Shown here: positions 6,764-11,060 of the stretch, piece by piece
Layout of the letters: every line of letters begins with the position of its first letter
How positions within the stretch are numbered: the first letter of the stretch is position 1
DNA from: Fidelibacterota bacterium
Lineage (GTDB): Bacteria > Fidelibacterota > Marinisomatia > Marinisomatales > S15-B10
Direction: 5' to 3'
Length of the DNA stretch: 11,060 nt
Assembly: GCA_002729175.1 (NCBI GenBank)
Contig: PBTS01000077.1
Location: 1-11,060 of the forward strand
Program-made: the position numbers and the translations under genes
Notes under the pieces: model-generated
Database searches by the model: none
What the model saw: the letters and a program-made list of their open reading frames with translations, nothing else
What the model was told of the DNA's origin: nothing

Positions 6764-8104
6764 ATGAGCGATCAAGAGAGAAAATGGACCCGTCAAATGG
6801 ATGATAGCGAAAAAGAATCTATATCTGTAATTACATGCGATATGGAAGGTCGGGTTGAAACCTTTAATGAGGGTGCGGAAAAGATTTTTGGCTACAGGGC
6901 CGATGAAGTTATCGGGAAAATGCGTGTCTCCGGATTTTCTCCAGGAAATGTTGTTCTGGGACATGTGAAAACCTGGCTAGACAAGGCCAGTAATGAAGGT
7001 GAGTTTCAGTCCGACACCACATTTGTACACAAGGATGGTTCCCCCATCCCTGCCGAGGTCCGAATTACACCAACCTACAAGACAATAGACGGCGAGAAAA
7101 TTCAGATAGGTTACTGCGGACAGACCAGAGTTCTGGAAGGGGTTGATCCTGCCGAAACTATGCCAAAGGACCCGTGGTGGCTGAAAATGCTATCCGCACT
7201 TGTCATCACGCGCCTCCCTTTTCTATCGGCAACATGGATTCCGGTTATCCTCGCTTCAGTCTGGGCCTACAATGGCGGTCTTTCCAGCGCTGGTGCTTTT
7301 GACTGGCCTCTTTTTTGTTTGGTGTTTTTGGGAGCTTCTTTCCTTCACCTTTCCGCTAACACCTTTAACGACTACTTCGATTGGAAAGCTGGTACAGATC
7401 AAGCCAACAACGACTACTTTCTTCAATATTCCGGTGGATCACGGGCCATTGAACTGGATCTTATTTCAGAGAGCGGCCTATTCAGGCTTGCGAGTTCATT
7501 TCTTCTGCTGGCAGCGGTCTGCGGTATTGCTGTTATATTCGGTCCTTGGGCTAGGGGAATGGACCTTTTCTGGTATGGGGCAGCCGGCGCCGTTGGCGGA
7601 TTTTTCTACACAGCACCGCCTTTCAAACTAGCGGCTCGCCGGGGTTTAGGAGAGGTATCAATTGGCCTCTTGTTCGGCCCAATGTTGACTATGGGGGCAG
7701 TTTTCGCTCTCACTGGTATCCACAGCTGGGACGCCTTCCTTTTGGGCATTCCTGTGGGACTTCTCACAACGGCCATCCTCTGGATCAACCAGTTCCCGGA
7801 TACACCAACTGACATCGCCACTGGAAAGATACACTTGGTAGCAACTCTCGGAATTAGAAACGCCCGGTGGGGTTACCTCGGCCTCATGGCCGGTTCTTTC
7901 TTGGCCATGTACCTGCTATTCACATATGACATAGTCTCACAGGGTGCTCTTCTCGGAATGCTAGCAGCTCCCGGGGCAGTTTACCTTACCTACAAAGTGT
8001 TCCTGGATTTTGAAAAGCGTGAACTGGCCACCACTTGCGCCAACACCATCTACTTCCAAATGGCAGCCGGCATACTCATGATCTTGGGAATCTCATTTCT
8101 CTAA
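6764..8104 (+). CDS. menA: PAS domain fused to a MenA-like 1,4-dihydroxy-2-naphthoate polyprenyltransferase (UbiA superfamily)
   Basis: Residues ~20-124 are a PAS/PAC domain (VITCDMEGRVETFNEGAEKIFGYRADEVIGK...HKDGSPIPAEVRITP). Residues ~145-446 are MenA-like: TRLPFL, NTFNDYFDWKAGTD, SGGSR, YTAPP...RGLGE, INQFPDTPTDIATGK and multiple TM helices. One uninterrupted frame. The gene symbol is a family-level assignment; the substrate is not proven. Confidence 0.88.
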   Translation: MSDQERKWTRQMDDSEKESISVITCDMEGRVETFNEGAEKIFGYRADEVIGKMRVSGFSPGNVVLGHVKTWLDKASNEGEFQSDTTFVHKDGSPIPAEVRITPTYKTIDGEKIQIGYCGQTRVLEGVDPAETMPKDPWWLKMLSALVITRLPFLSATWIPVILASVWAYNGGLSSAGAFDWPLFCLVFLGASFLHLSANTFNDYFDWKAGTDQANNDYFLQYSGGSRAIELDLISESGLFRLASSFLLLAAVCGIAVIFGPWARGMDLFWYGAAGAVGGFFYTAPPFKLAARRGLGEVSIGLLFGPMLTMGAVFALTGIHSWDAFLLGIPVGLLTTAILWINQFPDTPTDIATGKIHLVATLGIRNARWGYLGLMAGSFLAMYLLFTYDIVSQGALLGMLAAPGAVYLTYKVFLDFEKRELATTCANTIYFQMAAGILMILGISFL

Positions 8105-8136
8105 TTAGTATTTGTAAGTAAAAGAACCAAATTCAG

Positions 8137-8160
8137 AGCCCTGATTATTCAGGGCTTTTT
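8137..8160 (+). terminator. Rho-independent terminator between the convergent menA-like and RND genes
   Basis: Stem AGCCCTGA (8137-8144), loop TTAT, TCAGGGCT (8149-8156), then a T run; possibly bidirectional. Confidence 0.85.
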
Positions 8161-8171
8161 GTTAAGAGGTC

Positions 8172-10481
8172 TTATTCTTCGGACCGTGACCTGTAAAAGT
8201 GCGGTATTTTCGGCTTCACCAGTGTCAGAACAGCAGGAAGAAAGAAAAGGTCACCTAGTAATGCACCGAGCATTGTCACTGCGGACAAGAATCCAAAATC
8301 CCTACTGGGAAGAAAATTGGAGCTGACCATGATAAAAAATCCAGCTGACAAGATCAGTGATGTAGATATAATCGCTTTCCCCGTCGTCAACAGCGTCCAT
8401 TCATTTGCCTCTCGATAATGCCCACCGTGTGCGAACAGCTCCTGTCGGAACCTTGCAAGATAATGGATGGTGTCATCAACGGCGATGCCGAAAGCAATAG
8501 CAAATGTCATGGCTGTAGTGGGGCGAAGTTTTATGTGGAAAAAACCCATAACCCCGGCCATAAACAGTAACGGAATGAAGTTGGGAATCATAGAGATGAC
8601 CGCAAGTTTGACGCTACGAAAAAGGACCCACATAGAAACAAAAATGACGCCAAAAGCTATGAGAAAACTGACCACCAGGTTCGTTACCAGATACTGGTTG
8701 ATTCTCAACGCCATTAGCGTTGTGCCGGTGAGTCTTACATCAAGTGAGGACGGGAGATTCTTTTTACACCAGAGCATTACTTCATCAGTAATTTCCTGAG
8801 CTCTCCGAGAGGTGACATCGGCGATTCGCCCCGCCAGCCGGGCGCTGGAATAATCAAAATTGACTAGAGTTTCAAACTGTTCCTCTTGGAGAAAAATGTA
8901 CTGAGCCACCATATCTCTACTCGCGGGAATCGCGTAAAACGCCGGATCACCTTCATGAAAAGCCTGGTTCATTTCCTTAAGATAATCGACCGCTGAGATT
9001 GTCTTCCCGATTTCCGGAAAGGACGAAAGTTTTTCCTGAAGTTTGGCAATGGCGTGGAGGGTTTGCGGCGCCTTGATTCCATCTTCCACGGGACCATCAT
9101 CTGAACTCGCGGTAATTATTACTTCGAAAGGGAGGACAGAACCCATACGCTCCTCCATGAAAGTCATATCATCGTAGAGGCGATTTCCGCTAGTGAGGTC
9201 TTCCATCAGGGACGAATGGGGATCGATTTTCATAGCATAGAAGATGAAGGTGAAAACGAGCAGTGATGAAACTACCACAATGGGTGTCTGGTGGCGATTG
9301 TTCATGCTCACCACCCATTTCAGGAAACGGTGCCGCAAGCTTCTAGTAACGCGTTGAAGCTTCGCTTCAGACGGCATTCTGAGAATCACCAACATGGCCG
9401 GAATAAAGGTGATGGACACAATGAAAGCGAATATAACTGCCACTGCCACGATGGCGCCGAACTCGCGGATCATGGTTATGTTGGTGCTAACGAGTGAGAG
9501 GAAACCGACGGAGGTCGTCACGCTTGTCAACATGATGGCGGAACCGATCTTTTGGACCGTGATGCGAATAGCTTCGCGCTTGTCGCGGCCGCGGATCAGT
9601 TCTTCGTGGAATTTTACAAGGATATGTATAGAGTCAGCTACGCCTATAATAAGAACGAGTGTAGGCACAATATAGGTAACAATATTTATAGTGAGCCCTA
9701 AAGCACCCATGATACCAAGCGCCCAGAAATCGGCAATAAGCACTGCGCTAAATGGAAGAAGCACTCCCCGAAATGTTCTGAAAAGGAGAAAGAGAATTCC
9801 GAAAAGCACAATAGTGACAGGAACAAAAAACCGGCCGTAGTCGTCCAGCATATACTGGACATAACGAGTTCTTAGGATGGGGATTCCCGCCTCGTACCAT
9901 TTCCAGGCAGTGGAGGCTGCAATTTCACCCATTGCCTTAATAATTCCCTCCCGCCCTTCGTGATTATTGACATCATCATCTAACTCCAATATGAATGCCG
10001 CAGTCTTGCCGTCGGATGACACCAGATTGTCGGTCAGGAGCTGTGAACTCATGACGCGGCCCTTGAGCAGATCAAGCGAATCTTGTGTACCCGGGACAGT
10101 TCTGTAAACCGCTGCCATGACCAGGTTTTCTCCCGGCTCAAATAGTTCTACATTAGTAAGGGAGGTAACTTCGGAGATACCTTCTATCTTTGAGAAGGCT
10201 TCGGTCAGCATTCGGGTACTCAGAAGGTTTTCACGACTAAACGGATCACCTGCATCATAAGCCAGCGAAATGAGATCATCCTCCCTCTCAAACTCTTCCC
10301 GGAATTCGAAATAAGCATCTACTTCCGGATCGTTCTCCGGGAAAAGGTTTTCGATGGTGAAGTCAAATTGAACTCGGGAAGCAGTCCCCATAGCCGCGGC
10401 GGTGATGACAGCTATAATGGTCAGCACTCGTTTGGGATAGTCGAGTTGGAAAGTAATCAGTCTGTCGAGAACCGTTTTCAC
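8172..10481 (-). CDS. MMPL/RND-superfamily transporter (HAE3-like, putative lipid/hydrophobe exporter)
   Basis: 769 aa with two 1+5 TM repeats and large extracytoplasmic loops; TM4 IIGVADSIH, TM10 GIAVDDTIH, TSVTTSVGFLSL, GKAIISTS and DLFFLPAVL motifs; GTG start 11 nt after the upstream stop. Confidence 0.93.
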   Translation of the reverse strand: MKTVLDRLITFQLDYPKRVLTIIAVITAAAMGTASRVQFDFTIENLFPENDPEVDAYFEFREEFEREDDLISLAYDAGDPFSRENLLSTRMLTEAFSKIEGISEVTSLTNVELFEPGENLVMAAVYRTVPGTQDSLDLLKGRVMSSQLLTDNLVSSDGKTAAFILELDDDVNNHEGREGIIKAMGEIAASTAWKWYEAGIPILRTRYVQYMLDDYGRFFVPVTIVLFGILFLLFRTFRGVLLPFSAVLIADFWALGIMGALGLTINIVTYIVPTLVLIIGVADSIHILVKFHEELIRGRDKREAIRITVQKIGSAIMLTSVTTSVGFLSLVSTNITMIREFGAIVAVAVIFAFIVSITFIPAMLVILRMPSEAKLQRVTRSLRHRFLKWVVSMNNRHQTPIVVVSSLLVFTFIFYAMKIDPHSSLMEDLTSGNRLYDDMTFMEERMGSVLPFEVIITASSDDGPVEDGIKAPQTLHAIAKLQEKLSSFPEIGKTISAVDYLKEMNQAFHEGDPAFYAIPASRDMVAQYIFLQEEQFETLVNFDYSSARLAGRIADVTSRRAQEITDEVMLWCKKNLPSSLDVRLTGTTLMALRINQYLVTNLVVSFLIAFGVIFVSMWVLFRSVKLAVISMIPNFIPLLFMAGVMGFFHIKLRPTTAMTFAIAFGIAVDDTIHYLARFRQELFAHGGHYREANEWTLLTTGKAIISTSLILSAGFFIMVSSNFLPSRDFGFLSAVTMLGALLGDLFFLPAVLTLVKPKIPHFYRSRSEE

Positions 10482-10492
10482 AGTTTCGATTC

Positions 10493-11060
10493 TCAGCGTC
10501 TGTTTTGTGTGAGGAGACTGACCCCTACCAGCAAAATCACCGAAATGGTAATGGCTGGAAGAACTTCGTCCAAGTTGCCGTAAAGGTTAGCAGGGATGAG
10601 TTTTTGTACAAATCCAGCTTCCTTCCATAGTAATGTCACTACCGTTCCTGAAACGATGGACGTTACCGCACCTTCCTTCGTAGCGCCTTTCCAGAAAAAT
10701 GCTGCAAAAAGTGCTGGAGTAATAGCGGCACCGTAAATCGTGTAGGCATAGAGGGCTTTTTCGAAAATAGTAGTGGAACGTGCAAAAATGAGCGATACGA
10801 AATAGGCAATTATTCCCAGAAGAAGGACAATTGCTCTGCTTAAGAAAACTATCTTCTCTTCACTGGCATCTGGATTAATGTAAAGGAGATAAACATCCCT
10901 GATGAGCGAATTGGCCGGCACAAGCAGATACGAGTCCGCCGTAGAGATAATGATACCAACAATGGTGGTCATCATGACGGCGCCGAGGAATGTGGGTAAC
11001 AGCCTGTGGGATGCATAGATCAGTACAAACCGCCCCGATTCAGCTTCCGGGATCATACTG
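10493..11060 (-). CDS. Sodium:solute symporter (SSS; PutP/PanF-like), C-terminal part; start lies outside the window
   Basis: GIIISTADSYLL (Na2-site helix), RDVY...INPDASEEKIVFLSR, FFWKGATKEGAVTSIVSG and VGVSLLT motifs; the frame remains open to the right edge. Confidence 0.9.
   Translation of the reverse strand, partial: SMIPEAESGRFVLIYASHRLLPTFLGAVMMTTIVGIIISTADSYLLVPANSLIRDVYLLYINPDASEEKIVFLSRAIVLLLGIIAYFVSLIFARSTTIFEKALYAYTIYGAAITPALFAAFFWKGATKEGAVTSIVSGTVVTLLWKEAGFVQKLIPANLYGNLDEVLPAITISVILLVGVSLLTQNRR

Noticed and set aside
6764..7135. PAS region as a remnant of a broken histidine kinase, or as a LOV photoreceptor
   Set aside because: It is in frame with MenA, has its own promoter and SD, and shows no kinase remnants and no GRNCRFLQ motif.
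7200..7631. 143-aa alternate-frame ORF inside menA
   Set aside because: The main frame is intact throughout, and this ORF has no SD or motifs, so there is no need to invoke a frameshift.
1257..10583. Remaining short track ORFs nested in or antisense to the called genes (e.g. 1257-1439, 1481-1702, 2031-2288, 3449-3775, 4797-4994, 5478-5700, 6191-6427, 6494-6751, 6740-6964, 7606-7821, 8467-8799, 9291-9675, 10368-10583)
   Set aside because: All overlap confidently assigned genes and lack motifs; most likely shadows.

Overview
Gene-dense bacterial chromosomal segment of moderate GC with no mobile elements, CRISPR arrays or RNA genes that I can support. The gene style (type-2 PyrF, many lipoproteins, M14 peptidase) suggests an FCB-group or Marinimicrobia-like organism, but this is inference only. 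From left to right: (1) the 5' part of a minus-strand M14 zinc-carboxypeptidase lipoprotein that the ORF track missed; (2) a divergent secreted dienelactone-hydrolase-family alpha/beta hydrolase; (3) a tight minus-strand operon pyrF-pyrE-cyclophilin lipoprotein-serine hydrolase (beta-lactamase fold) lipoprotein-patatin; (4) a divergent GNAT acetyltransferase; (5) a single ORF fusing an N-terminal PAS sensor domain to a complete MenA/UbiA-family prenyltransferase, with its own promoter and terminator; (6) converging on it, an MMPL/RND transporter preceded by the 3' part of a sodium:solute symporter. The PAS-MenA fusion is the standout. Its PAS domain has a His at the FixL/EcDos haem-ligand spacing, suggesting a possible one-component O2/redox-gated menaquinone prenyltransferase.
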